Assembly (NCBI RefSeq): GCF_020745735.1
Contig: NC_083425.1
Location: 36,257,575-36,321,574 of the forward strand
Length of the DNA: 64,000 bases
Direction of reading: 5' to 3'
Source of the DNA: Hemiscyllium ocellatum
Taxonomy: Eukaryota
Made by a program: the position numbers and the translations under genes
Notes under the pieces: generated by a model
Told to the model about the DNA's origin: nothing
Seen by the model: the letters and a program-made list of their open reading frames with translations, nothing else
Database searches by the model: none
In this document: piece by piece, positions 1 to 12,541 of the stretch
Position numbering within the stretch: the stretch's first letter is position 1
How the letters are laid out: every line of letters starts with the position of its first letter

Positions 1-540
1 CTCTTTGTAAAGAATACACAAGTGACATGGTAGAATTTCACCTTGAGATTGTAGGAGAGAATCCCTAGTCTAAGACAAATACTTTAAAACCTGAAAAAAT
101 GATAAAAAGGCTATGAAAATAGAGCTGTCGGACAGGAATTGGGAAATTAGGTTAAAAAAGATAAGCAATTGGAGCCGCAGTGACAGACCTTTGATAGAAC
201 TCAAAGTCTGAAAAAAAAGACAAGTAATCCATAGCGAAATAGGATGTCATGGACAGTATCAAACTGAGAAATTCAATACTGTACTTGTACAGTTTGTGTT
301 GGATTAGTGGTAAGTCAGGACATTATAAGTTCTGAAAGTCTCCAAGGAATGACAAAATAGTAAAGTTTGAGAAACCTAGCATTGTAGAAACTTTGGACAG
401 AGTAATAATGCAAATGTTGGTCCTCCAGAGAGGATGTCTAAGGGATTCACAATGAAGAACAAAGGAATGGCAGAGGCATTGAACAGGTATTTTGAGTTTG
501 TCTTCACTGTAGAGTAGAAGACTTCGAATACTCGCCAAAG
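1..540 (+). mobile_element. Old, heavily decayed CR1 LINE ORF2 fragment (continues at ~4060-5455)
   Basis: Degenerate post-endonuclease motifs, e.g. 'gcagaggcattgaacaggtattttgagtttgtcttcactgtagag' (AEALNRYF..VFTVE-like). Resumes at 4060 with KSQGPDGMHPRVLK and ends in a CR1-type 3' tail near 5450. Confidence 0.7.
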
Positions 541-3500
541 CATGTTGCCTCCCTGGTGCCAGGATCAAGGATGTCTCAGAGGGTGCAGAATGCTCTCAAG
601 TGACCAGCAAAAGGTCATTGTACACACTGGAACCAGCAACATAGGAAGGGAAAAGGATGAGATTCTGAAGGGAGAATATAGAGTGTGAGGCAGGAATTTA
701 AAAAAGGAGATCCTCAAGAGTAGTAATATCTGGATTACTCCTGGTGTTGCAAGCTAGTGAGGGTAGGAATTGGAGGATAGAGCAGATGAATGCATGGCTG
801 AGGAGCTGGTGTACAGGATTCACATTTTTGGATCATTGGAATCTCTTCTGGATTAGAAGTGATCTGTACAAGAAGACGGATTGCACCTGAATTGGTAGGG
901 GCCAAATATGCTGGCAGGGAGACTTGCTAGAGCTGCTCAGGTGGATTTAAACTTGTAAGGTCAGGGGTGGGACCCCAGGAAGATAGCGAGGAGAGAGATC
1001 AATCCGAGACTGGTACAGTTGAGAACAGAAGCAAGTCTAACAGTCAAGGCAGACAGAGACTAAGCAGAGAACAAGGAAGGACTGAAATTAAACTGCATTT
1101 ATTTCAATGCAAGAGGCCGAACAGGGAAGGCAGATGAACTCAGGGTATGGTTAGGAACATGGGACTGGGATATCATAGCAATTACAGAAACATGGCTCAG
1201 GGATAGGCAGGACTGGCAACTTAATGTTCCAGGAAACAAATGCTACAGGAAGGACAGAAAGGGGGGAAGAGGGTGTTTTGATGAGAGAAAGCATTACAGC
1301 TGTGCTGAGGGAGGATATTCCCAGAAATACATCCAGGGAACTTGTTTGGGTGGAATTGAGAAATAAGAAAGGGATGATCACCTTATTGGGATTATATTAT
1401 AGACCCCCTAATACACAGCAGGAAACAGAGAAAAACTTGCAAGGAGATCGCAGATATTTGTAAGAATAATAGGGTGGTTATGGTAGGGGGTTTTAACTTT
1501 CCAAACAGACTGGGACTGCCATAGTGTTATGGGTTTAGATGGAGAAGAATTTATTAAGTGTGTACATGAAAATTGAGCCAGTATGTGGATGTACCTACAA
1601 GAGAAGGTGCAAAACTTGACCTACACTTGGGAAAAGGCAGGGCAGGTGACTGAGGTGTCGGGTGGAGACAACTTTGTGGACAGCGACCATAATTCAATTA
1701 GATTTAAAATAGTGATGGAAAAGGATGGACTAGATCTTAAGGTTGAAGTTCTAAATTGGAGGAAGGCTAATTTTGATGATAATAGACAAGAACTTTCGAA
1801 AGCTAACTGGGAGCAGATGTTCACATGTAAAGGGACAGCTGGAAAATGGGAAGCCTTCAGAAATGAGCGAGAGCAGAGACAGTATAGTCCTGTTAGGGTG
1901 ACAAAAAGGCTGGTAGGTGTATGGACTGCTGAATGACTAAAGAAATTGGATTTTGGTTAAGAAACAGGAGGAAGCATGTGTCAGGTATAGACAAGATAGA
2001 TCAAATGAATCCTTAAAGTAGTAAGGCAGTAGGAATATACTTCAGAGGGAAATCAGGAGGGCAAAAGATAACTTTGGCAATTAGGACTAAAGAGATTCCC
2101 AAAGGGATTTTACAAATACATTAAGGACAAAAAGGGTAACTAGGAAGCAAATAGGGCCTCTCAAAAGATTAGCAAGGCAGCCTTCGTGCAGAGCTGCAGA
2201 AGATACTAAATGAGTATTTTGTATCAGTGTTTATTGTGGAAAGGACATGGAATGTAGGGAAATAGACGGTGACATCTTAAAATGTCCATATTAGAGGAAG
2301 AAGTGCTGGACGTCTTGAAATGCAAGAAAGTGGATAAAGCCCCAGGACCTGATCAGGTTTACTCTAGAACTGTGGGAAGCGAGGGAAGTGACTGCTGGGC
2401 CCCTTGCTGAGATATCTGTATCATCAATAGTCACAGGTGAGGTGCTTGCTGACTGGAGGTTGGCTAATGTGGCACCATTATTTAAGAAAGGTGATAAGGA
2501 GAAGCCAGGGACCTACAGACCAGTGAGCCTGACATCAGTGGTTGCCAAGTTGTTGGAGGGAATTAGATTAGATGACTCAGTGTGGAAACAGGCCCTTCGG
2601 CCCAACAAGTCCACACCGACCCGCCGAAGCGCAACCCACCCATACCCCTACATATACCCCTTACCTAACACTACGGGCAATTTAGCATGGCCAATTCACC
2701 TGACCCGCACATCTTTGGACTGAGGGGGGAAACCGGAGCACCCGGAGGAAACCCACACAGATACAGGGAGAATGTGCAAACTCCACACAGTCAGTTGCCT
2801 GAGGCGGGAATTGAACCCAGGTCCCTGTGCTGTGAGGCAGCAGTGCTAACCACTGTGCCACCGTGCCGCCCAAATCCTGAGGGGCAGGATGTATTTGGAA
2901 AGGCAAGGGCTGATTAGGGATAGTCAGCATAGCTTTGTGTGGGAGAAAATCATGCCTCAAGCTTGAGTGAGTTTTTTTAAAGTAATAGAAGATTGATGAG
3001 GGCAGAGTGGTGGAAGTGATAGATATGGACTTCAGTAAGAGTCGACAAAGTTCCCCATGGGAGACACGGTTAGATCTCATGGAATACAGGGAGAACTAGC
3101 CATTTGGATATAGAACAGGCTCAAAGGTAGAAGACAGAGGGTGGTGGTGGAGGCTTGTTTTTCAGATTGGAGGCCTGCGACCAGTGGAGTGCCACAAGGG
3201 TCTGTGCTGGGTCCACTAGTTTTCATCATTTATATAAATGTTTTGGATTTGAGCAAAAGAGGTATGGTTAGTAAATTTGCAGATGACACCAAAATTGGAG
3301 GTGTAGTGGACGACGAAGGAGGTGACCTCCGATTACAATGGGATCTTGATCATACGGGGCAATGGGCTGAGAAGTGGAAGATGGAGTTTAATTTAAATAA
3401 ATGAGAGGCGGTACATTTTGGAAAAGCAAATCCTAGCAGGACGTATACACTTAATGGTAAGGTCCTAGGGAATGTTGCTGAACAAGAAGACCTTGCAGTG

Positions 3501-4058
3501 CAGGTTCATAGCTCCTTGAAAGTGGAGTCACCGGTAGATAGGATAGTGAAGGTGGCATTTGGCTTTCCTTTACTGGTCAGAGTGTGGAGTACAGGCGTTG
3601 GGAGGTCATGTTGCGATTGTATGGGACATTGGTTAGGCCACTTCTGGAATATTGCATGCAATTCTGGTCTCCATTCTCAGAACTTTAAAGGGTTCAGAAA
3701 AGATTTACAAGAATGTTGCCAGGGTTGGAGGATTTGAGCTATAGGGAGAGGCTGAATAGGCTGGGGCTGATTCCCCTGGAGTGTTGGAGGCGGAGGAGTG
3801 ACCTTATAGAGCTTTATAGGACCTAAGGGGCAACGTTCTCACAGAGGGTGGTATATGTATGGAATGAGTTGCCAGAGGAAATGGTAGAGGGTAGTACAAT
3901 TGCAACATTTAAAAAGGCATCTGGATAGATATATGAATAGGAAGGTTGAGGGATATGGGCCAGGTACTGGTAGTTGGGACTAGATTGGTTGGGATATCTG
4001 GTCAGCATGGACGAAGCGGACTGAAAGGTCTGTTTTTGTGCTGTACATCTCTATGACT
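541..4058 (+). mobile_element. CR1/HER1-type LINE, 5'-truncated (ORF1 esterase end + ORF2 EN/RT), frameshifted
   Basis: ORF1 CCLPGARIKDV; endonuclease LLGLYYRPPN and SDHNSIRF; RT SGVPQGSVLGP and [10 protein letters not shown]; 3' end 'gtacatctctatgact'. Many stops and frameshifts. Confidence 0.92.
2564..2871 (-). mobile_element. HE1-type V-SINE, full length, nested in CR1
   Basis: tRNA-like head (GGTGGCACAGTGG...GGTTCAATTCC), V-domain 'gtgtggagtttgcacattctccc...tccggtttcc', CR1-derived tail with (ATCTA)n. Confidence 0.9.
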
Positions 4059-4059
4059 A

Positions 4060-5455
4060 ACTCAAAACGAGGTGAAACAGAATGGGACTTATCACTACTA
4101 CGGAGATACTGGGAAAATATTGACTTGATGGCAGTCAAGTCCCAGGACCTGATGGCATGCATCCTAGGGTTTTAAAAATGACTACAAAGCTAATAGCAGG
4201 AATGGATATAATCATCCAAACTTCTTAAAATTTCTTCTAGAAGGGTCCCAGTGGTTTGGAAATCAGCAAATATGACATGTTCATTCAAGAGGAGAAAAAA
4301 AACATTAGCAGGAATAAATAAAAATCAGACTACAGATGCTGAAATTTGAAATTAAAACTGGAGAAATGCAACAGGTCTGGTAGCTTCTTTGGAGAAAGAA
4401 ACAGAGCTAATGTTTTAAATTCAATGACTCTTCAAACTCCAAATGTTTGAACATTAAATGTTAACTCCATTTCTCTACACAGATGCTGCAAGATCTGCTA
4501 AGTTTCTCCAGCAATTTGCATTTACTACACCAAGAAACTATAAACCTGTCAGCTAAACATCTGACAGATAAGTTACAAGAAATAAATCAGATGGTTATAG
4601 CCGAACCATTTAGAAAAATAGTAAGTGGGATTGGTTAGAGTCGGTGGTTGAGAAAGTGTTTGATTCATTTCTTTAAAAAGATTGGTTAGGATGTGGGTGT
4701 CACTGGCTAGGCCAGTATTTATTGCTTTGAGAATAGGGTACTGACTGCTTTCTTTAATCGCTGAAATCCACGTGGTACAAGTAGACTAACAGTGCTCTTT
4801 AGAAAGAATTCTAGGATTTTGAAAATAACAGTGAATGAATGGCAAAGTAGTTCCACATAAGACTACTGTCAGGTTTCAAGTAGGTTTGAGTACAGAGTAG
4901 AGAAGTCATGCTTCATTATGTAGAAGCTTGGTTTGACCACATCTGGAGTAGTGAGCACAATCTTCGTCTTATCTCAGGAACAATACAACTGCCAGAGTGC
5001 AAGGTAGGTTGACCAGACATGTTTTAGAAAGACAGGATTGAGCTAGGAAGAGGGAGTGGCCAGCTGGGCCTATATTCTTAGCATTTTGAAGAGCAAGAAA
5101 TGAACATATTGAAATTTTCTAAATATTTAGAAAAGGACAGACAGTAGATGTAGACTAGATGTTTCCCAGATTGTAAAGTCTAGAATCAGGTGCACAATTT
5201 GAAAATAAGGGAGTTGCCACTTAGGTAAGAGGGGAGACATTTTAAAACTCAAAAGGGTTGGGAAACTTAGTTTCCACAGCTCTGAGAATTCCAGTGTCTA
5301 GGTTCAGGTACAGATCAATAGATTTCAGATTTCTGGTGGTGTACAATTTATGGGGGATAGGGTTTATAAAAGGCTTTGAAGTGTTCAAACAGCCATGATT
5401 ACACTGAATGGAAAGGCAAGCTGAATGGTCTACTCCTGTTTGTAGGTTTCTATTT
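4060..5455 (+). mobile_element. Old CR1 LINE continuation, with smaller nested repeats
   Basis: Decayed RT/C-terminal motifs ('tttgaccacatctggagta', 'gtagatgtagactagatgtttcc') and 3' tail 'agccatgattacactgaatgg'. Confidence 0.65.
4328..4522. mobile_element. Decayed fold-back Penelope-terminus-like element (family C)
   Basis: Inverted arms 'ctggagaaatgcaacaggtctggtagcttctttggagaaagaaacagagctaatgttt' and 'aatgttaactccatttctctacacagatgctgcaagatctgctaagtttctccagca'. Confidence 0.7.
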
Positions 5456-6544
5456 TACTAAAATATACTCCATCTGCCAATTTATTTTGCCAAATCACTT
5501 AACCAATCACTGAAGTTGCCCACCTATTTTTGTGTCATCAGCAAAATTTGGTTACTGTACATTCTGTGCTTCCATCCAAGTTTTTGGTGGATTGTAATAA
5601 GATTGGTCTCAGTATCCTATATGAACCCCACACCAGCTTCTGGTCACATTTTCAACAGGAAAAACCATGTCACAACCAATACAAAAGATAGTTTAAAGTT
5701 TTGACTTCGAAGCTGATTTTATACACTACAATCTCAGTTTACCAAACAGGCCTCATTTCAACTCCAAATCCAAATTCCTCCATATTTTTTCAAATCTGTA
5801 GATTACAGAAAATGGAGGATCATGACAAATGCATGTATGATTTGGTACGTGGGCCCTCCACCATCAGCTGTAATTCTCACTCCAGAAAAATTCTTAAAGA
5901 GAAAAGGACGATTGTCAACATGCAAGGTAGAAATTCAATAAATCTGGCATTTCAGCCAGCCATTAGAAACGGAGCCCAGCAAATTTTGCAGCTGGCTTGA
6001 CCACCCAACTTGTTTAGAGGACCATTTAATTCTCAGTTTCAATCACATCTGTTCAGATAATGCAGCTTTCTATACAAAGGCTTTCAATGCTTTATTTTTC
6101 CTTGGTCAAGGATGAATCTCAGTTTGGTTGACAGGAACCTCAAGTAGGCCTGATCTATTTCAGATCGTTCTGTTCTCACCCCTTTATTTCCTCCCAGATT
6201 CACAATAGGTTGTTCACAGAAGTCAATTATTATGGTGCAGGAGGCAGTCATTTGGCCTATGCCTTCACCAGCTCTTCAAACAAGCATCGTTATGCCTGTA
6301 TCTCATGTTGCCCCACTCCACCCATACACTATTTTATTAAAATAATCAAAAGCCCTCTAATGCCTCAGTTGAACCGGTCTCCACGCAGCAATTACATAGC
6401 CTAACTACTCAAAGTTTCCCCTTTCGCATCATCCTTGCTTGTTATTTGATCTGTCCTGCCCTGTACCCCATCACAAACCTCCTTTTTGATTTTATCCCTC
6501 ATTACTCCACTCTATTTAACTATTTAAAATCTATTACATTTATC

Positions 6545-6676
6545 TTTTCAGTTGATGGTGAGTCAACCTGAAAAGTTAATATTCCCCCCCCCCCCCAATG
6601 GATTCTGCCTGACTCACTGTTTCCAGCATTTTTATTTTTAATTTCAGATTTCCAGTATCTGCAATATTTTGCTTTG
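6545..6676 (+). mobile_element. Decayed family C Penelope-terminus-like fragment next to JPT1 exon 2 donor
   Basis: 'ctgcctgactcactgtttccagcatttttatttttaatttcagatttccagtatctgcaatattttgc' matches copies at 52225-52433 and 53465-53580. Confidence 0.6.
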
Positions 6677-6697
6677 GCATTATATACTGTACTGCAC

Positions 6698-6849
6698 CTG
6701 GTGGATTGCTTCTTCTAGCCACAGGCTGGTTTTCTACTGGTGGTCCAAAGATATTCGATGCAGTCTTGTTTGAACGAGGATGCACTGGTTTAACATTTTC
6801 CTCCACCCCAAATGAGATACTGGATCCACCACCAGGAGGCTGCAACACT
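6698..6849 (-). CDS. JPT1: JPT1 (HN1, Jupiter microtubule-associated homolog 1) coding exon 2
   Basis: Acceptor ttttgcaagcag|A, donor CAG|GTGCAG; 152 nt. Encodes (R)[50 protein letters not shown](G), with Jupiter PPGG and ASNIFG motifs; phase matches exon 1. Confidence 0.93.
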
Positions 6850-8473
6850 CTGCTTGCAAAATGAAAAACAAACTTCTGTGAACCTTAAACCCGCACAACA
6901 TCAAAGTCAGCTCTTGAATACTCCAAAGGGTATCGGTATTCAGCCAATCATCCAAAACAAAGATGTCACATTACATTTAGCATCTTGAAAAACAATACCT
7001 GGTTACAAAGGACACTATTAAAGAAAGCCTTTTCACAATGACAGATCACATCTTCAGTGTTCTACACATTAGACTTCCATAAAAAAAAAACCCATCTTTG
7101 CTTGTGCTGTTCAAAAAGATTTAAACTGACTTGTAGGGGAATACATAGAAAATAAGTTCACAAGGGATTGGGAGAGAAGGAAGTTCTAGAAATATTTAAA
7201 TAGGAAGGCACAAAGAGTCAGATTGAGAGAGGTTAAATTAAGTTTACAAGACATGTGTAAGTATGTAAAGTTACTTAAGGTAGCTGAACTGTAGGCACAA
7301 CCAACCACAAGGGAATATATTGTTCAGCAATAGTGGCTGAAAGCCAAAGGAGCAGGACTGCACAGGAGCTGTCAATTTGACTTCAATGATGGGAAAAACT
7401 TCTCGAAACAGAATTCAGAACAAAATAGTCTCAGATAAATTCATGTAAACTAAAGAAAGCCATTATTGATTTCTTAATGTAAAATGTATTTAACTACTTT
7501 ACTGAAATCTTTGAAATAACAAAGGGTCAAGAAGGGCAGTGACTTTGATGTGGAAGACATTGAGTTTAACATCTTAACCATTCTCCATGTCAGAGATGGT
7601 GATGGAAGCACATGGGATTTTCAACAGAAAACATTTTCTGAGCTGTAGGGAAAACAAGGGAGCATGGAACTAAACCTGGTGCTCTTGTAGAGAACCACAG
7701 ATGCAATGGCCTTCTCAGTGCTGTAACCATTCTATGGTTGCAACTATATTAAAGTATATTTTGTGTCACTGTTGTAAAGACTAGAATAGCTATCATAACA
7801 GCATTTTGGGCCAGACAGTATGAGAGATTGGAAGCTCATACAAAAAATGAGCTCTACGCAAAAGAGTCAAATTATCTCCAATCTCCTTCTGGATCATCAT
7901 AATTCTGACTCTTCGTTCATGACATATGGGCACTGTCCAAGTCCTGCTGTATGTTGGGACAAAGCTTATTATGAGAAGTCTCAACAGAACTGAAAATTGC
8001 AGTAAGGCAATCTCAAGACGGCAGTAAAAAGTGATTTATTAAACCACTGAAGTCCACCTGAAAATCCTCCCAAATGCTCTGTCAAAGAGTTCAAAGACTT
8101 TGAACCAGCAACAAATAAATGACAATGAAGTTCTAAATCAGAAACGTACAAAATTTGGAGAACTTGAAGGTGGTTAGCCTTTGCTATCCAAGAAGGCTTT
8201 TTAAGTAGCTGCAGTTTATTGTGTTGATGCTACATTCTACAGCCAGACAGCAACAGTGGTGAATAGCTAGGTGGCAGGTGGGCACCTATGAAGAGACTAC
8301 TTGCATTGTGTTAGGCTTTGGCATAATTACAACTACACTCATCCAAATAAGTGATGCATTTCTTCCTGCCGCTTGACCAGTGTCATAGGACAATCACAGA
8401 AAAACACACAAGGAGTCAGGTGCAGACTCACAACAACTCCTAACCTCTGATTAGTTCCTGCATTCACAGCATT

Positions 8474-9545
8474 TAGTCATACAGTCAGATGTACAACATG
8501 GAATCAGACCCTTTGGTCCAACTCATCCATGCCAACCAGATATCCCAACCCAATCTAGTCATACCTGCCAGCACCCAGCCCATATTCCAGCAAACCCTTC
8601 CTATTCATATACCCATCCTTTTAAATGTTGCAATTGTACCAGCCTCCACCACTTCCTCTGGCGGCTCATTCCATACACGTACCACCCTCTGAATGAAAAA
8701 GTTGCCCCTCAGGTCTCTTTTGTATCTTTCTGCTCTCACCCTAAACCTATGCCCTCTAGTTCTGGACTCCCAGAGAAGAGACTTGGTCTATTTATCTTGT
8801 CCATGCCCCTCATGATTTTATAAACCTCTAAGATCACCCGTCAGCCTCCAACCCCCTCGTGGGTTTCCTCCGGGTGCTCCGGTTTCCTCCCACAGTCCAA
8901 AGATGTGCGAGTCAGGTGAATTGGCCATGCTAAATTGCCCGTAGTGTTAGGTAAGGGGTAAACGTAGGGGTATGGGTGGGTTGGTGTGGACTTGTTGGGC
9001 CGAAGGGCCTGTTTCCACACTAAGTAATCTAATCTAACACTCCAGGGAAAAACAGCTCCAGCCTATTCAACCTCTCCCTGTAGCTCAAATCCCCCAAGCC
9101 TGGCAACATTCTTGTAAATATCTTTTCTGAACCCTTTCAAGTTTCACAACATCTTTCCAATTAGGAGACCAGAACCGCACAATATTCCAACAGTGGCCTA
9201 ACCAATGTCCTGTACAGCTGCAACATGACCTCCCAACTCATATAGTCAATGCTCTGACCAATAAAGAAAAGCATACCAAATGCTTTCTTCACTGTCCTAC
9301 CTACCTGTGACTCTACTTTCAAGGAGCTAGGAACATGCACTGCAAGATCTCTTTGTTCAACACCACTCCCTAGGACCTTACCATTAAGTGTATACGTCCT
9401 GCGAAGATTTGCTTTCCAAAATGCAAAACCTCATATTTATCTAAATTAAAACTCCATCTGCCACTGCTTAGGCCATTGGCTCATCTAATCAAAATTCCAT
9501 TGTAATCTGAGGTAACCTTCTTCGCTGTCCTCCACACCAAGTTTT
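8474..9545 (-). mobile_element. CR1/HER1 LINE 3' fragment
   Basis: Reverse complement of the 3' ~900 bp of the element at 541-4058. Confidence 0.88.
8858..9036 (+). mobile_element. 5'-truncated HE1 SINE nested in CR1
   Basis: V-domain 3' half and tail ending 'taatctaatctaa'; host CR1 resumes in register. Confidence 0.88.
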
Positions 9546-12174
9546 GACTACTGTAGGTCCATTTCTTGCCAATGGTAAGAATTGCAATATCAAAAGTGGG
9601 GCTAGTCTAAGGATTAGCCATTGAATGTAAAAAGATGGAATGAAATTCTTAGTCATTGCCTGGTTTTGAGAATTTGTTGAATATTTCTAAGTCCAAGCTA
9701 GAAACTAGCCCAACTTGCATGATGCCAGATTGCTTCCCAAAGTTGGGAATCAAACTGAACATGGGAAAAAAAGAAAATCAGAGAACATGGTCACTTTTAA
9801 TCTTCTTTGGATAGTAAGGTCAACGGTTGGGCCTTAAGCACTGTCCTGACAGTAAATGACTACTAAACCAAAACTATCTGGTTACTGATATTTTTAAAGT
9901 AGATATTATGACACTTCGTGAACAGGTGAAACTTGAACACAGGCCTTCTGACCCAGAGATGGGTCACTATCACTGTACCACAAGAACACTTACTATTGGG
10001 TCATATGCTTGGTCAGCATCCAACCAGTGAAGAGTTCTGCCACTGCTGGCCACCGATTTCCTTAGACTTCAAAACTTACTTTAGCTCCTTGACGAGAAAG
10101 GCAGTCACGCTCAACTCAAATTCACTTCTTCCACCCACACTTGGACAAATATAACAACTTTTGAAACAGAGCAGTCCTGAGAATCCAAACTGAAGTGACA
10201 TTTTTAGTCAGTCTCAGCTGTTGCTCGATTTGCAGAAGACATTACTCATGGGGAGGAATTTCTGCCATGGATTACGTAACTAGCCAACCCAATTCTTAAA
10301 TTGGTAGGTATCCGAGAATGTGGGAAGAGGTATCCAACAAGATATGGTGAATTCAGAGTTCAGGATTTGCTTCCTTTTCTTTGTTTCTCTGCCACATTAA
10401 GACTAGATGCAGGTAAAGCCTGCCTAATTGCGCACAGCCAGTTTTAAGGGTGGCCAGCACAGATTTCCATCTTCAGAAACACTACATTTGCAACCAAAGC
10501 ATTAGGAAACACCTATCTTTCTTATTTTGTTTCCCTTTAATATTACAGAAACCAATGAATCAATCCAGCCTTAGCGTCTGGACCTTGAATAGTAAAAACT
10601 AATGGCCACCTCAGCAAATCATTTAATTCTCCATTCCAAGTCACAAGAATACACATCGATTAAAAGATTCCTATATGACAGGATTTAGACAAAAGTATAT
10701 TTAAAATGAATGGCCATTATTGACAGAGACAACAGGCAAATGCCCAACCACACCCTCTACTTTGCAGCAGCAGTGTAGTATGTTCCAGACTAGCACCAGG
10801 GCTGTGCCTTCAATCTAAACAGTGACATATCTGCAACATATGCACATGTATATGTGAAGACAAATATTTAAAGCAAGCTAATGAGATTGCAAATAAAAAC
10901 GGATTGAGGTCCCCAGTGTGTGCGCATGGTTCAGACAACATCAAGCCAGACAAAGGGTTACATCCAAACAAAGTCTCCTCTTTGCACACACAGATAGTCT
11001 GTGCATTTCAATACAAGATCATGGTACAATTTTTAGGCCAGTTTAAACATCTGAAACTAGCCTTAACTATCATTACCTTCTGCTCCTATAAGAGGTTGAG
11101 GTTCCTGCCACTGATCAATGGCACCGAAACAGGTAAGTATTGAAGAACTATAGAAAGATAGCTGAAGACTGCCAACTTCCTTTGATTAAGAGTGAATGAA
11201 AGACCCACCCATGGTTCTGATCAAGAAGATTTCACAAGGACAGATATCATTTTGCAACAACATGCAATATTGCTGACTTTGTCATTCAAAGCCCCCTGGA
11301 ATTTCTGATTCACCAATGTACAACTGGAACCACCAAGACCAATACAAGACCTTTGGACGCATTCCAAGATGTACAGACCATCATAACCATGCAGCTGTCT
11401 TTTTACACTTACCCAAACCCTTGGTAAGCAAAGAATACTGCTCAAAGAGATAAAACAAAGGGCTCGTTTTGGCCAATTAAAACCATTGCTGCAGCACTGT
11501 ATCAAGATGCGCTGGCATCCTGTAGTAGCTGGCAGTGGACTCATCCGTCAAGTCCACTGTCTAATGTGTGGTGACAATACTCGCATGCAATGCGCCTGCT
11601 TCAGATAACCAAGGAGCAATAAAAAAAAACGCCCATACATCACAGGAGCCACTAATGCCAAGAGGGGCAACACCCAAAGCTTCAGATCCTACCCGGGGGG
11701 GGAAAGAGAATAGTGTGGGTGCGTGGTGGCGATGTCCAGAAAGGCAGCACGTCAGGTTGGAAACCTTGCTGGTAAGGGTTGGGAGGCTAGTGGTGGTAAG
11801 GTACAACGTGCCCAGTTGCGAAAGGCAACAGTACATGGTGTGGACTCCAAGGAGACAACACTCAGAGGTGAAGACCCTCCCTGAGGGCCGGGAGGGAGGG
11901 GGGGGGAAGAATACCTCAGGATATCGATTCTGTCCCAGGCTGACAGGACAAGAAACAGCTGCCAAGGGTTCCGACCCTCTCCGCGGCAGGAGGAGACTGA
12001 GGCAGTATTCTCCCACCTCTCCCCTGAGCCCAGATCCCACCGTGAGCACCAAACCCAGTCCTTTGTCTCAACGATTCACACCGAACCGGGCGGAGGGCTC
12101 CCGCGGTGGAAATGCCGCCGCCGCCCCTCAACACCCCGTCTGTTATAACGGCAACGTAACTGTCCCCGGAATAC

Positions 12175-12230
12175 CTGGAGCTGCTACGGCCTGTGGAGTC
12201 CAGGCCTTGGTATGTAGTGGTTGTAGTCAT
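12175..12230 (-). CDS. JPT1: JPT1 coding exon 1
   Basis: ATG at 12230 (gaaATGa); MTTTTTYQGLDSTGRSSS(R) resembles the JPT1/HN1 N-terminus (human MTTTTTFKGVDPNSRNSSR); 56 nt; donor AG|GTATTC. Confidence 0.94.
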
Positions 12231-12285
12231 TTCAGACACCGGTTATTGCCGTTTCCCCACTTCTCGCCGTCCGTAACTATCAAAG

Positions 12286-12541
12286 CAACGGCTTCGAACT
12301 CCTCAATCTCTCGCGGCGAATCCGAGCACTCGCTGCCGTTTTATTTATAAACCGGCAGGTAAACCCCGCCCTTGACGATTGCCCATTGGTACAAATCCCG
12401 GACATCTCTACCGCCCATTGGTAACCATGACAAACGACCCGCATGCCATTGGTGGAAGGGGCTGCTAATCACGCCCAGAAGGCGGAACGTCCCCACTGAG
12501 TGACACATTCAGCGGGCTTTGTTTGAGTTGAGGTGACGTAA
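12286..12541 (-). promoter_or_regulatory. JPT1 core promoter: TATA, GC box, three CCAAT boxes, CRE-like site, CHR/MYB-like sites
   Basis: TATAAATA (minus, 12342-12349); GC box 12364-12371; CCAAT at 12385, 12417, 12448; TGACGTAA 12534-12541; CAACGG 12286-12291; TTCGAA 12293-12298. Confidence 0.78.

Noticed and set aside
1224-3737. Endonuclease/RT-like ORFs here and at 18759-19856, 40060-41798 and 59368-60797 as host genes
   Set aside because: They are frameshifted LINE fragments.
1-6690. JPT1 exon 3
   Set aside because: No phase-compatible Jupiter-like exon found by eye; it probably lies outside the window.
11568-12350. 260-aa plus-strand ORF (and 163-aa minus ORF 11561-12052)
   Set aside because: Antisense or intronic to JPT1 in a GC-rich island where stops are rare; GTG start for the long ORF; no recognisable domain.
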